DNA of 64,000 bases from assembly GCA_034669905.1 (NCBI GenBank), contig JAXMOL010000008.1, forward strand, positions 116,659-180,658, written 5' to 3'. Made by a program: the position numbers and the translations under genes. The DNA comes from Candidatus Hydrogenedentota bacterium (GTDB lineage: Bacteria > Hydrogenedentota > Hydrogenedentia > Hydrogenedentales > JAEUWI01). Shown in pieces: positions 1 through 9,078 of this stretch. The stretch's first letter is position 1. The number at the start of each line of letters is the position of its first letter. The notes under the pieces were generated by a model. It saw only the letters and a list, made by a program, of their open reading frames with translations. It was not told where the DNA came from and ran no database searches.

Positions 1-51
1 GGGCAGGGCCAGCAGGCCGAGGGTGGCCAGTGCGATCGTTTTCTTCATCAT
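1..51 (-). CDS. N-terminus of a secreted protein, truncated by the window edge
   Basis: Reverse strand reads AGGAG-N6-ATG ATG AAG AAA..., giving MMKKTIALATLGLLALP, a typical signal peptide. Confidence 0.6.
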   Translation of the reverse strand, partial: MMKKTIALATLGLLALP

Positions 52-180
52 CGTTTTCTCCTGAGTTTAACGAGGGAGCCGCAGCAGGGATGGGCTACGG
101 CGGTGAATCCGTGCAATTTAACCAGATAAAGGGCTGGCAATCAAGCGGAATGCCAACTTTCCACTACCGTGCGAATTTTC

Positions 181-2544
181 TCACGGCGTCAAATCTGCGT
201 CGGTCGCCATCTTCCAGGTAGCCCCGCCATCGGCCGACATCATCAAAGCGCGGCGGGTTTCCCAGCGATCGGTGCGATAAAACCAATAGGTTGACCAGTA
301 ATCGTAGGACAGAAACAGTCTCCCCGTACGGTCTATCGTTAGACGATGATAGAAGACACTATATTCAGAAAAAGGTGGCACCACCAGCGCGCGGGGTTCC
401 GACCAGGCTTCGCCCGGCTTTTTCTGCATATACGAAAGGGTCGCATAGTGACTCGCCGGAAAATAGGTCGTATCCGTGTGCCACAGGCGGAAGACCACGT
501 GGAGTGTATCGTCCGGCCCGCAGACGAAGCCTACATAGGTCTGGCGCAATCCCGGCCCCAGGGGCTCGGGCTCGCTCCATCCCCCGCTGGCATCGTTGGG
601 TTGGAGCGACTTGGCGTAGAGGAAGGTGCTGCCGTGGGTCCCCACCAACACGTGGAGATAGCCCTGGCTGTCCATGGTAATGCTGGGCGTGTTGTGGACA
701 TCGTTGGCGGGCGGACCATAGCCCACGAGGGACGCATTGGAGACCGTTTTTGTTTCGCGGTCATAGGTCGCCACGTAGGTCGGCACGCCAGGCACGTTCT
801 CATCGGGTGTGGTGGCCTCGCCCCAGGTTACGTGCACTTTGCTCCCCAGGGACACAACGGACGAGGGAATTCCTGAGTGACTGGAGATACCGATACAGGT
901 TTCGCTGAGCCGTATGGGGTCGCCGATGACGATGGTGCCCGCCGCCGTCTTCTCGGGCACAAAGAGATCGAGATCGTGGACCCGGCGCCATTTGAGTTTG
1001 GGATCCACCGCGGTCCGGGTGAAACGGACAAAGGCCGGCGGACCGGTGGCCACGTTGTGTCCCGAGAATTGCTCCGTATCGAAGGGGCCCTTACCGGGCA
1101 CCGGGTAGGCCGTAAAGTCCTTCGTACCGTCCTTAGCGTGGTACAAGGCCGATGCCCCGTCCTTCTGTGCAAGAAGATAGATATCATTATCTTCGTCCAC
1201 CGCCACTTTGGAATCCAGCAGCGACCCCATCGCAGTTTCGACCCACTGCCCTTCCGCGGGATAATGGAGTCCCCCACGAGCGGTAATCAGGGGTTGGTTG
1301 TGGCGATCGAAGTAAACTTCATTCGTTACCGGATACTGGGGCGCATAGGCGAATTGCGCGTTTTCGTGGCGGAAAGGCTTCAATACGAGGGGCAGGTCCA
1401 GGGCCTTCTCCAGGAGTGCTGAATCGGGCACCAATTCCAGGGTGGACCAGGTGCTAAAGCCATCGTCGGTACGGGCCTGAAGCTGTACGGTCGCCGGCAC
1501 GCCCTCATATTGAACGGTCACCTTGCGGCGTTCACCGGGTGCCATATCCAGCGTCGACTCAGACAGTCTGAACGTGGCTGCCTCGGGCCCGACGAAGGTC
1601 AGCATCACAGACTTCGGCTGGCGGCCACTGTTGTACACTTCAAACTCGACGGTTCCATCTTCCCCGGACACGACATTCATGCGCCGTTTGTAAGGTGTGA
1701 GAAGCCAGCGGTTATCGTGAAAAGGAAACCAGGTTTCCGCGCGGGGTGTCCAGAGGGAGATGTCTTTTATGCCACCGTCGATACGCTCCCAGCGCGTGAC
1801 CCCGTCGATGTTTACCGTACCATTGGCACCGGACAAGTGAAGTTGCCACGGGATATTCTCACGGTCTCCCGCCGGGACGGTCAACGTCGCCGTCCCTTCT
1901 GCGTCTACCGGTACGGGCGCGATCTCCGCACCCGTACTATCAAGGAGGCGCAGGGTCTCTCCCCGCACCCCCGTCACATCGAGGGTAAACGATCCGGAGC
2001 GTGGCAAGAAGCAGACGCTCCCTGGCGCGTCGCCCTGCTGCAACACCAGGGGTTCCTGATGGCGCTCATCTTTGTGGCCCCGTGACGTCTCCACCAGATA
2101 CTTGGGGCAATTGGTACGCATTCCCCAGACCATATCGTCGCCGTAGCGGTCCTCCGAAGCCGTGATGCTGAGTCCGTAGACGCCCGTGCGCGGAACCTCC
2201 ACGGAGAATCGCAGTCGCTGGACTGGACCATCGCCGCTGCCCTTCTCCATGGCCATCCAGGGGAGGTATTCATCCGCCACCACAGACCGATCCGGTCCGA
2301 AGAGAATGGCGCGCACATGGGTTTTTCGCCCCCGGCGATTGAGATCCTGCTTTTCAACCTCCACCCAAAGTTCACCGGGCTCGGCGAGGAAATAGGCCCC
2401 ACCACAACCGCTGATTCGGAAGTCGCTGGTCCAAACGAGATCTTCGGCGGGGGTGGCGCCTGTCGGGAAGGTTAGCGCCGCAAAAAGGAGTACGGGAGCG
2501 AGGAATCGCAGTAAAAACATGTTTCTGGCTTTTGAGAAATTCAT
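181..2544 (-). CDS. Secreted BNR-repeat (BNR_4-like) beta-propeller protein, putative glycan-active enzyme
   Basis: Long ORF with a signal peptide, a DVHNTPSITMDSQGYLHVLVGTHG motif and a C-terminal Asp-box SADGGATW. Start chosen at MNFSK (2520 is an alternative). Confidence 0.7.
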   Translation of the reverse strand: MNFSKARNMFLLRFLAPVLLFAALTFPTGATPAEDLVWTSDFRISGCGGAYFLAEPGELWVEVEKQDLNRRGRKTHVRAILFGPDRSVVADEYLPWMAMEKGSGDGPVQRLRFSVEVPRTGVYGLSITASEDRYGDDMVWGMRTNCPKYLVETSRGHKDERHQEPLVLQQGDAPGSVCFLPRSGSFTLDVTGVRGETLRLLDSTGAEIAPVPVDAEGTATLTVPAGDRENIPWQLHLSGANGTVNIDGVTRWERIDGGIKDISLWTPRAETWFPFHDNRWLLTPYKRRMNVVSGEDGTVEFEVYNSGRQPKSVMLTFVGPEAATFRLSESTLDMAPGERRKVTVQYEGVPATVQLQARTDDGFSTWSTLELVPDSALLEKALDLPLVLKPFRHENAQFAYAPQYPVTNEVYFDRHNQPLITARGGLHYPAEGQWVETAMGSLLDSKVAVDEDNDIYLLAQKDGASALYHAKDGTKDFTAYPVPGKGPFDTEQFSGHNVATGPPAFVRFTRTAVDPKLKWRRVHDLDLFVPEKTAAGTIVIGDPIRLSETCIGISSHSGIPSSVVSLGSKVHVTWGEATTPDENVPGVPTYVATYDRETKTVSNASLVGYGPPANDVHNTPSITMDSQGYLHVLVGTHGSTFLYAKSLQPNDASGGWSEPEPLGPGLRQTYVGFVCGPDDTLHVVFRLWHTDTTYFPASHYATLSYMQKKPGEAWSEPRALVVPPFSEYSVFYHRLTIDRTGRLFLSYDYWSTYWFYRTDRWETRRALMMSADGGATWKMATDADLTP

Positions 2545-2726
2545 GGGTATCCGTTCGTCGTTCGTATTCTTGCCATGGAAACAAAGATGTGGTGGCACGC
2601 AAAGCCGCGAAGGGCTTGCAATCTAGAAAAGGCAGGGTACAGGATGTCGCCCCCTTTTTTCAGCCCACTCCGTCGCTGACCTCCCATCCATACAGTTCAA
2701 ACGCGACGGTATCCTCGTCGGCCAAC

Positions 2727-2749
2727 GTGGGATAGGCTTCCAGCCTGTC
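2727..2749 (+). repeat. REP-like palindrome
   Basis: GTGG followed by the hairpin GATAGGCT-TCC-AGCCTGTC. A GTRG tetranucleotide plus a short palindrome is the REP hallmark. Confidence 0.5.
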
Positions 2750-2887
2750 ATGTCGGCTGCCCGAAACGCCCCAGGGCGCGGTACGTCCTGGGTATCACCC
2801 TGAAGTGCCATGCCCAACGTTTCAGGACCTCACGCCATGTGGAATTGTTCACCTCAACGTTCATTGCTAGCACGCGCTTTTTTGTTT

Positions 2888-2940
2888 TTCCGTGCAATTC
2901 CGTGTTTTCCGTGGTAGCAAGATTTTTTATGACCACGGAA
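2888..2940. repeat. Short-period TTCCGTG array with an inverted copy
   Basis: TTCCGTG at 2888, 2898 and 2907; inverted ACCACGGAA at 2932-2940. Confidence 0.7.
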
Positions 2941-3010
2941 AAAAGAAGGGGGTCAATTACAAGACCGGGTCGTCCAGCAGCAATGCCAATCTGCCCTTGC
3001 CATCGATTCG

Positions 3011-3050
3011 CCACGATTTTTATTCGTGAAAATTCGAGTCCATTCGTGGT
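3011..3050. repeat. Short-period ATTCGWG array
   Basis: ATTCGTG, ATTCGAG and ATTCGTG at 3022, 3032 and 3042, preceded by an imperfect inverted CCACGAT at 3011. Confidence 0.6.
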
Positions 3051-3219
3051 TCCAAGTCTGTAGTTACGGCTATGCAGCGCTGGGCTATGCGGTTAAGGCC
3101 TTTCAGGCCAAAAAATGTTGAACTCCAATTCGTAAGACCCTGACCGCAGCCGTGCCGGTGTTCAGGATGAATTTACCCTTGAACCGGATGAACCACTTCC
3201 GCAATTCCGAATCTGGCCA

Positions 3220-4002
3220 CTATTCTTCCCACGCCTCGAAGGCCTTCGAAAAAGCGCGGTGGATTTTCTTGTCCTCATAGGGGTCGTCTTCGGCCTCCAG
3301 ATCGGCAGGCGGATATCCCGTCGTAATAGACGTCACCGTAACGTGCTTCGACGCTTCGTCGGCACGAAATCGGGTCCGCCAGGTGCGGTAGGCGATCTCC
3401 CACAGCCCGTCGCCCAGATCCCGGAGGCGCTTCCGCTTTTCATTGAAGGGCTCATCGCCCAATTGCTGCACCAGGAATCCTTCCAACGCGACGACCCCAT
3501 GCTCCGCCAGCCACGCCAGTTGACTTGCCGCCGTTACCGATTGGTCCACCGTCCAGGCCTCCCCTTCCAGCGCGTCGGTCCAACCGCCGGTCGCCTCGGG
3601 AAAACTGTCCGCATAGGGGATGTAGGGCTTGATATCGAGAATGGGCGTCCCATCGAGGAGATCATGGCCCGCCACGTCGACGGTACGCCCCCGCACGGAC
3701 ACGAGCCGCACGCACGACATGCCGATGCCATTGGGGCGGTAGGGCGCCCGCGAGGCCAATACGCCTACTTTCTTGCCGCCCCGGGGTGGTTGCACCAGGG
3801 GCTTCCAATGGCTGTTTTTGTGAAACTGAAAAAGCAGCCACACGTGGGAGAATCCCTCCAGATCCTGGAGGGCCTGCTCGAAGTGCTGGCCATTGACCAA
3901 CTCGACCCGGCCCGTGCTCTGTTCCGCGAGTACGCCCTGGCGGGCCGCATCGTAGGTATAGGTCTCGGCACAGTGAAAGGTGCCGATGGGGGTAATTTCC
4001 AT
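3220..4002 (-). CDS. trmO: tRNA m6t6A37 methyltransferase TrmO (TsaA)
   Basis: Motifs FSHVWLLFQFH, SRAPYRPNGIGMS and DLLDGTPILDIKPY. GAGGAAAGGA precedes MEITPIG at 4002. Confidence 0.88.
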   Translation of the reverse strand: MEITPIGTFHCAETYTYDAARQGVLAEQSTGRVELVNGQHFEQALQDLEGFSHVWLLFQFHKNSHWKPLVQPPRGGKKVGVLASRAPYRPNGIGMSCVRLVSVRGRTVDVAGHDLLDGTPILDIKPYIPYADSFPEATGGWTDALEGEAWTVDQSVTAASQLAWLAEHGVVALEGFLVQQLGDEPFNEKRKRLRDLGDGLWEIAYRTWRTRFRADEASKHVTVTSITTGYPPADLEAEDDPYEDKKIHRAFSKAFEAWEE

Positions 4003-4012
4003 GGTCCTTTCC

Positions 4013-7000
4013 TCAGGCTCCCAGGGTGTGGGTGAACAGTTGTTTTTTTCCGACGGAATCCTTCGCCAGTTCGACGAGGTGCCGGTGGTGGGTGAAGTAA
4101 ATGACCTGGGTGCGCTCGGAAAGCTCCCCCAGGACCTTGAGCGTCGCCGCTGCCCGGGCATCATCGAAGTTCACCAGGATATCATCGAGCACGAAGGGAA
4201 TGGGGGCATGATGCTCCATGTGCCGCTCCAGACTGGCAAGACGGAGGGCCAGGTAAAGTTGGTCGGCCGTCCCTTCACTCATGCCCGCCACCTGCACGAG
4301 CGCATCATTGGACGCACGGACGCCGCACAGGACCTGCTGTCCCCGGTCGTCCACGTCGGCGCGGAGTTCCGCGAAGGAACCCAGCGTCAAGGTGGAGAAG
4401 ATGGCACTCGCCCGGGCGAGGAGGGGCTCCTGATTGGCGGCACGGTACCGTTCGATGGCTTCATTGAGCACGAATCCGGCCACCTTTAATTGGGCGTAGC
4501 GGCGGGCATCATCGGCCAAAGAAGCCAGAAGGTTCTCCGCTTCCGCCGCATGTTCAGCCGCCTCGCTGCGCCCATCGAGTTGCTTCAGTTTTTCTTCCTG
4601 AACGGCAATACTTCCATACAACGCCTCCCTCCGCTCCTCCCATTCGGCCAACTCGGGCTCGATGGCCGCTATCCGTGCCGCGAGGGTGTCGTGCTCTGCC
4701 TGCCCCACGGCTGCCAGAAACTCTTCCAGGGCCTGTCCTGGAGAAATATCGAGAATACGGGACTCTATCGCGCGCTGATCTTCCAGCAACTGACGCCGAT
4801 GGGCGGAGCGCCCTTCTGCCCCTTCGAGGGCGGAGGGATCGGCCACCTGGGCAAGGACACACAGGGCGCCCAACTCCCCTTCGGCCCGCTCTACAGCGGC
4901 TTCCGCCATCGCCAGCGATTCGGCCTGCTCCGATTGCTGTTTCAAGAGACCCGCCTGCGTCACCGCCCGATCCCGATGGGTTTTCAGGGCCTGAAAGAGG
5001 GCGGGCACCAGATTTTCGAGAAGGGCATCCACACCAGCCGACGTTGCCGCGCCGGACAGGTGCTCCACTTCTTCGAGATAGGCCGCATAGTCTTCATCAA
5101 TCCGGGCAATACGCCCTTCCAACTCGGCCACGCGGTCCAGGGCACTGAAAAGTCCATCCAACAGCTCAAGCTTGGCCGTCGCTTCTGTAGGCGATTGGTC
5201 GGGCCGGGCCCCCATGCGGCCCATCAGTTCGGCCCATTGGGTGTTCCACTCGGTCTGCTCGGCTTCCAGACGGATCTGCTCCTCTGCCAATTCGGCAAGG
5301 GCACGCTCGGCTTCCGCCAGTTGGGCCGTGGCCTGGGCCTGTTCCTGCTGTTTTGTTCGGGCCTCGGTAAGCGCTTCATCCGCCAGGGACACCAGTTCCA
5401 ATAACCCGGCGTCCTTCGGAATCGTGCCACCCCGTACCGATTCCAGGGCCCTTCGCAAGTCGGCGGCCATCTGCCCCGCCGCTTCTTCATAGGAAGCCTG
5501 TGCCCCCGTCGCCTCGTCCAATTCCTCGATCTTCTCCACCAGCGCCACATAGTCCGCCCGCCATTCCGCCATTTCCTGGGGACTACGGGCTTCCAGACCC
5601 AGATCTCGCCATAGCGTTTGCCACGCGTCCTGCTGATGCTGGCGGGCGGATTCGGCCTTGGACTTCCGCTTCAGGAAAGCCGTCATGCGATCCGCAACCC
5701 CATCCCGACGACTCTCCAGTTGGGCAAGATGGGCAGCCCGCTCGGATTCCCGTCGCAGGCGATCAGCCAGTTCATCGGCATGTTGCGTGAGGGATTCAAC
5801 CACGTCGGCCAGATTCGTTTCGGTCACCCGATGTTCCGCGAGACGGCTTCGGAAGGGGTCCAGGGCTGCCGCCGTCATCTTCTCCGGTGGCGTCCCGGCC
5901 TCCCAGGCGCTCCGGGCAAGCTGCCAACCCGTGTCGCGCAATTCCCGTTGGGTCTGCAGGGCAGCTTCAGTGGGCACCTCCTGGGCACGTTGCAGCGCGT
6001 CGAGTTGGGTGGCAATCTCGGCCCGCTCCTGCTCCAGCATGCGTTCCTCTTCTTCCAGACGGCGGGCATCGGCTTCGTCGGACTCCCATTGCACCCGGAA
6101 TCGCTCCACCGTGCTGGCGGGCGGCACGTCCAGGGCCAGTAGCGCCGCACGGCTTCCGGACCACCCGGGGAGACGCCCCAGGTCCCGTTCGATGGCCCCT
6201 TCCAGACGGGCGATGGTCTCAGCACGGGTCGTGTATTCCTCAGCGCGACTGCACAGGGGACGAGCCGTCTGAATGGCACGTTGCAGGCCGACCGTATCGG
6301 GCACATCACCGAGCTCGGCGCAAAGGGCCTGGTAGCGGGTCACCTCGGCCGCACGCTTGCGCTGCTGGGTGGCCGTATGGGCCAGGTCCTGCTGGATGCG
6401 TTGTTGGTGGCTCGCCAGCTCATTGATCCGTCGCGCGCCACCGGGCTCCGGACGCAGCGAATCGAGTTCTCCGCGCGCCTTGTCCCATTTCAGAGTGCGG
6501 AGGATACGGCCGACTTCTTCCTCCCGCTGTTGATGCTCTGGAAGCAGTTCCCGCACCTTGTCCTCCAGGGCTTTGCGCATCACCTCGTGGCGGCCATGGA
6601 GAGACTCGATACGGCTTTCCTGGGCCAACAGGGATTCGTCCACCTCGAGGTCATCCAGTTCCTGTTGCAGGCGGGTCAGGTTTGCCTCGGCGACTTGGTG
6701 CTGCTCCCGGGCAGCCGCCAGGGATTGGACCGCACTGATGCGCCGCTCCCGGAAGTCATCGGGCAGAAGCACGGCATCGGCCACGCCTTCGAGTCCCGCC
6801 AGCACTTCCAGACGTTTGGCCACCAGCGGAAGGGCCTTGAGGATGCGTTCCGCCCGGCTCCGCTCTGTCGTCAGGTCTTTGATAGCCGCGAGCACGGTTT
6901 CCCGTTCCTGTCGCGCCTCGGCGAGGGCATCGGCCTGGGCCGCCCACTCCTTGGGGAGTAACTGGGCGTCCTTGATGGCCTTGCGCAATGCTTTGTACTG

Positions 7001-7561
7001 GCTGAGTTGGGCGTTGATGCGGGGTTTGGAACCACTGGGTTTGAAAAGCTCACCCGCTTCCTCCTCGAGGCCTTCCAACACTTTCCGTAAACTACCAATA
7101 CCCGAAGCCGCGGAGAAGAGAGCCTGCCCCACATCACCTTCACCCTGCACGAGGGCCTCGCCCCCGGCGACCAACTGGGCATGGCTCAAGCCGAAGAGAT
7201 GGGTGAAGGCCTCTTCCTCCACGCCCCCGAGAAAGGGGGTCAGCACATCGTCGGGCAAAGCTTCCTTGTCCTCGGCGTCACGCAAGGTCGCCTTGTTGCC
7301 CTTGCGCCGTAAAAAGGAGAGGGTCTCCACCTCATTGCGGATGGTCGCGCCAATCCGCAGGGACTTCATCGTGTGGAGGAAGTCGTCCTGGGTCCGGGCG
7401 GGTATTCCGTAAAATAGCTGGGTGATGGCCCGCAGGGTGGTGCTCTTCCCGGCTTCATTCGGGCCAAACACGAGGTGCAGGCCCTGTTTTCCCTTGGACA
7501 GATCGAGGGTATAATCCTGAAAGGCGCCAAAGGCCTTGAGTTGCAGTCGGTCCAGTCTCAT
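4013..7561 (-). CDS. yhaN: YhaN-family (AAA_27) SMC/Rad50-like ATPase
   Basis: Walker A GPNEAGKST, long coiled coil, signature-like MSEGTADQLYLALRL, Walker B FVLDDILVNFD and H-loop FTHH. ATGA overlap with the upstream nuclease gene. Confidence 0.85.
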   Translation of the reverse strand: MRLDRLQLKAFGAFQDYTLDLSKGKQGLHLVFGPNEAGKSTTLRAITQLFYGIPARTQDDFLHTMKSLRIGATIRNEVETLSFLRRKGNKATLRDAEDKEALPDDVLTPFLGGVEEEAFTHLFGLSHAQLVAGGEALVQGEGDVGQALFSAASGIGSLRKVLEGLEEEAGELFKPSGSKPRINAQLSQYKALRKAIKDAQLLPKEWAAQADALAEARQERETVLAAIKDLTTERSRAERILKALPLVAKRLEVLAGLEGVADAVLLPDDFRERRISAVQSLAAAREQHQVAEANLTRLQQELDDLEVDESLLAQESRIESLHGRHEVMRKALEDKVRELLPEHQQREEEVGRILRTLKWDKARGELDSLRPEPGGARRINELASHQQRIQQDLAHTATQQRKRAAEVTRYQALCAELGDVPDTVGLQRAIQTARPLCSRAEEYTTRAETIARLEGAIERDLGRLPGWSGSRAALLALDVPPASTVERFRVQWESDEADARRLEEEERMLEQERAEIATQLDALQRAQEVPTEAALQTQRELRDTGWQLARSAWEAGTPPEKMTAAALDPFRSRLAEHRVTETNLADVVESLTQHADELADRLRRESERAAHLAQLESRRDGVADRMTAFLKRKSKAESARQHQQDAWQTLWRDLGLEARSPQEMAEWRADYVALVEKIEELDEATGAQASYEEAAGQMAADLRRALESVRGGTIPKDAGLLELVSLADEALTEARTKQQEQAQATAQLAEAERALAELAEEQIRLEAEQTEWNTQWAELMGRMGARPDQSPTEATAKLELLDGLFSALDRVAELEGRIARIDEDYAAYLEEVEHLSGAATSAGVDALLENLVPALFQALKTHRDRAVTQAGLLKQQSEQAESLAMAEAAVERAEGELGALCVLAQVADPSALEGAEGRSAHRRQLLEDQRAIESRILDISPGQALEEFLAAVGQAEHDTLAARIAAIEPELAEWEERREALYGSIAVQEEKLKQLDGRSEAAEHAAEAENLLASLADDARRYAQLKVAGFVLNEAIERYRAANQEPLLARASAIFSTLTLGSFAELRADVDDRGQQVLCGVRASNDALVQVAGMSEGTADQLYLALRLASLERHMEHHAPIPFVLDDILVNFDDARAAATLKVLGELSERTQVIYFTHHRHLVELAKDSVGKKQLFTHTLGA

Positions 7562-8826
7562 GGGCCCGACTCCTCGTCCTGCCACAGGGAACGGATGATG
7601 GGGGTGGAATCATCCAGAAGGGACTTCAGCACTTCCGGGTCTGCCAGGGAGAGGTCAAAATCGGGGCCACTGATCTCGGCCGGCAATTTCATTCGCAAGG
7701 GGTCGAGGAGGGCGGCCAGGCGGGCCTCCGCTTCGGCGTCCTGGGACAAGTCGCCCACCACCGTATCCAACATCGCCAAGGGGCCCGAATCATCGCTGCG
7801 AGCAGTACGGTCCTGCTCTGGACGGGTGCGTACCTTCACCTTTTCGATATAGACCTGGTCGCCACCATGAATGTTGGCCATGTTTCGAATTTCATTGTGG
7901 AGTTGCACCGTGTCGGCCAGCAGGCGTTCATGGGCCGCCGTGGCCCCCGTATACACCACGCGTACCGCCAACGTCCGATCCTCCGCCCCTTCCATCGCCG
8001 TGGCGAGCCCAGTGGCGAACCGCTCCACACAGGTGGCCAGGTCGGGACACTCATCCACAGAGACCGTCAGCTCCAGCCAGCGCACCACGTCCAGGGCTTC
8101 AAAGCGCACCTGGTGGTCCTCCCGGTCATCCACCTCCACCACCAGACAGCCCTTGGGGCCCGTCTCGCGAATGTGCCGCCCCTGAATATTCCCTGAATAC
8201 CAGATGGCGGGGGCGTGATCGCGGAGGCATTCCTGTTGGTGAATATGACCCAGAGCCCAATAGTCGTAATCGAGATGGACCAGGCCCGGAATGGTGCAGG
8301 GGGCGTAGGTATCGTGTCCTTCATAGCCCGTGAGACTCGTATGCAACAGACCGATGTTATAGGCTTCGGGAAGCGCCGCAGGATAGGAAGCCGTGAGGTC
8401 TTTCGTCACGGCCTTCGTCGCGAAGCCCTGGCCGTGTATCGCCACACCGAGCGATTCGAGGTGCACCGTATCGGCCTTCTTCGTGGGAAAGACATGGACA
8501 TTGTCGGGAAGTTGGAGGCGCTTGGTCATAACACTCTGGGCATCGTGATTCCCCGCAATGAGAAAAACGGGGATATTCGCCGCCTTCAGGCGCGCCATCT
8601 GTTTGGTAAAGTAAAGGCCCGTATTGTGATCTTTCCAGTCTCCGTCGTAGACATCCCCGGCGATCAGCAGGAAATCCACTTCCTCATCAAGGGCCACGTG
8701 GACCAGGTTTTGCAGGGCACGGCGGGTTGCTTCCCGGATTTCGTCGACCGGCGCCCCCTCATAGGTAGGAAGGCCCCGGAGCGGACTGTCCAGGTGAATA
8801 TCGGCAGCATGGATGAATTTAAACAT
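7558..8826 (-). CDS. yhaO: YhaO-family Mre11/SbcD-like metallophosphoesterase nuclease
   Basis: Motifs ADIHLD, AGDVYD, GNHD and ALGHIH. Confidence 0.88.
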   Translation of the reverse strand: MFKFIHAADIHLDSPLRGLPTYEGAPVDEIREATRRALQNLVHVALDEEVDFLLIAGDVYDGDWKDHNTGLYFTKQMARLKAANIPVFLIAGNHDAQSVMTKRLQLPDNVHVFPTKKADTVHLESLGVAIHGQGFATKAVTKDLTASYPAALPEAYNIGLLHTSLTGYEGHDTYAPCTIPGLVHLDYDYWALGHIHQQECLRDHAPAIWYSGNIQGRHIRETGPKGCLVVEVDDREDHQVRFEALDVVRWLELTVSVDECPDLATCVERFATGLATAMEGAEDRTLAVRVVYTGATAAHERLLADTVQLHNEIRNMANIHGGDQVYIEKVKVRTRPEQDRTARSDDSGPLAMLDTVVGDLSQDAEAEARLAALLDPLRMKLPAEISGPDFDLSLADPEVLKSLLDDSTPIIRSLWQDEESGP

Positions 8827-8947
8827 GGATATCTTTCAATAACGGTGGCTGAATGGCCAGGCGTGGGTCGTGCCAACCTTGACAAATCACGGGTGGCATG
8901 TGCAAATTGGTCGTTGGGCTGCGATGCCGCCGAATGGCGGCGACCCA

Positions 8948-9023
8948 GTGGACTTTGTAGACGCAGTGGACATAGTGGACCTGTTGCCGTATCCACATCG
9001 CCCACCCCGTCCACTACGTCCGC
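8948..9023. repeat. Inverted pair of 9-bp-period arrays (GTGGAC x4 / GTCCAC x4)
   Basis: GTGGAC, GTAGAC, GTGGAC and GTGGAC at 8948, 8957, 8966 and 8975; ATCCAC, GCCCAC, GTCCAC and GTCCGC at 8991, 9000, 9009 and 9018. Confidence 0.85.
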
Positions 9024-9078
9024 AGCTCGAACGACCGACCCGCAGCGCCACACAGGAAACCACCTAAGGACCTCCCCC

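Noticed and set aside
4013..8826. YhaO/YhaN as a named anti-phage system (for example Wadjet or Lamassu)
   Set aside because: The partner genes of those systems are absent, and the motifs fit the known YhaO/YhaN pair.
8948..9023. Possible CRISPR array
   Set aside because: The units are 9 bp with 3-nt linkers. There are no 23-47 bp repeats with unique spacers and no cas genes in the window.
8215..9078. 5' extension of the 1038-aa ORF
   Set aside because: It overlaps yhaO on the opposite strand and runs through the repeat element. The signal peptide and ribosome-binding site point to a start at 9079.
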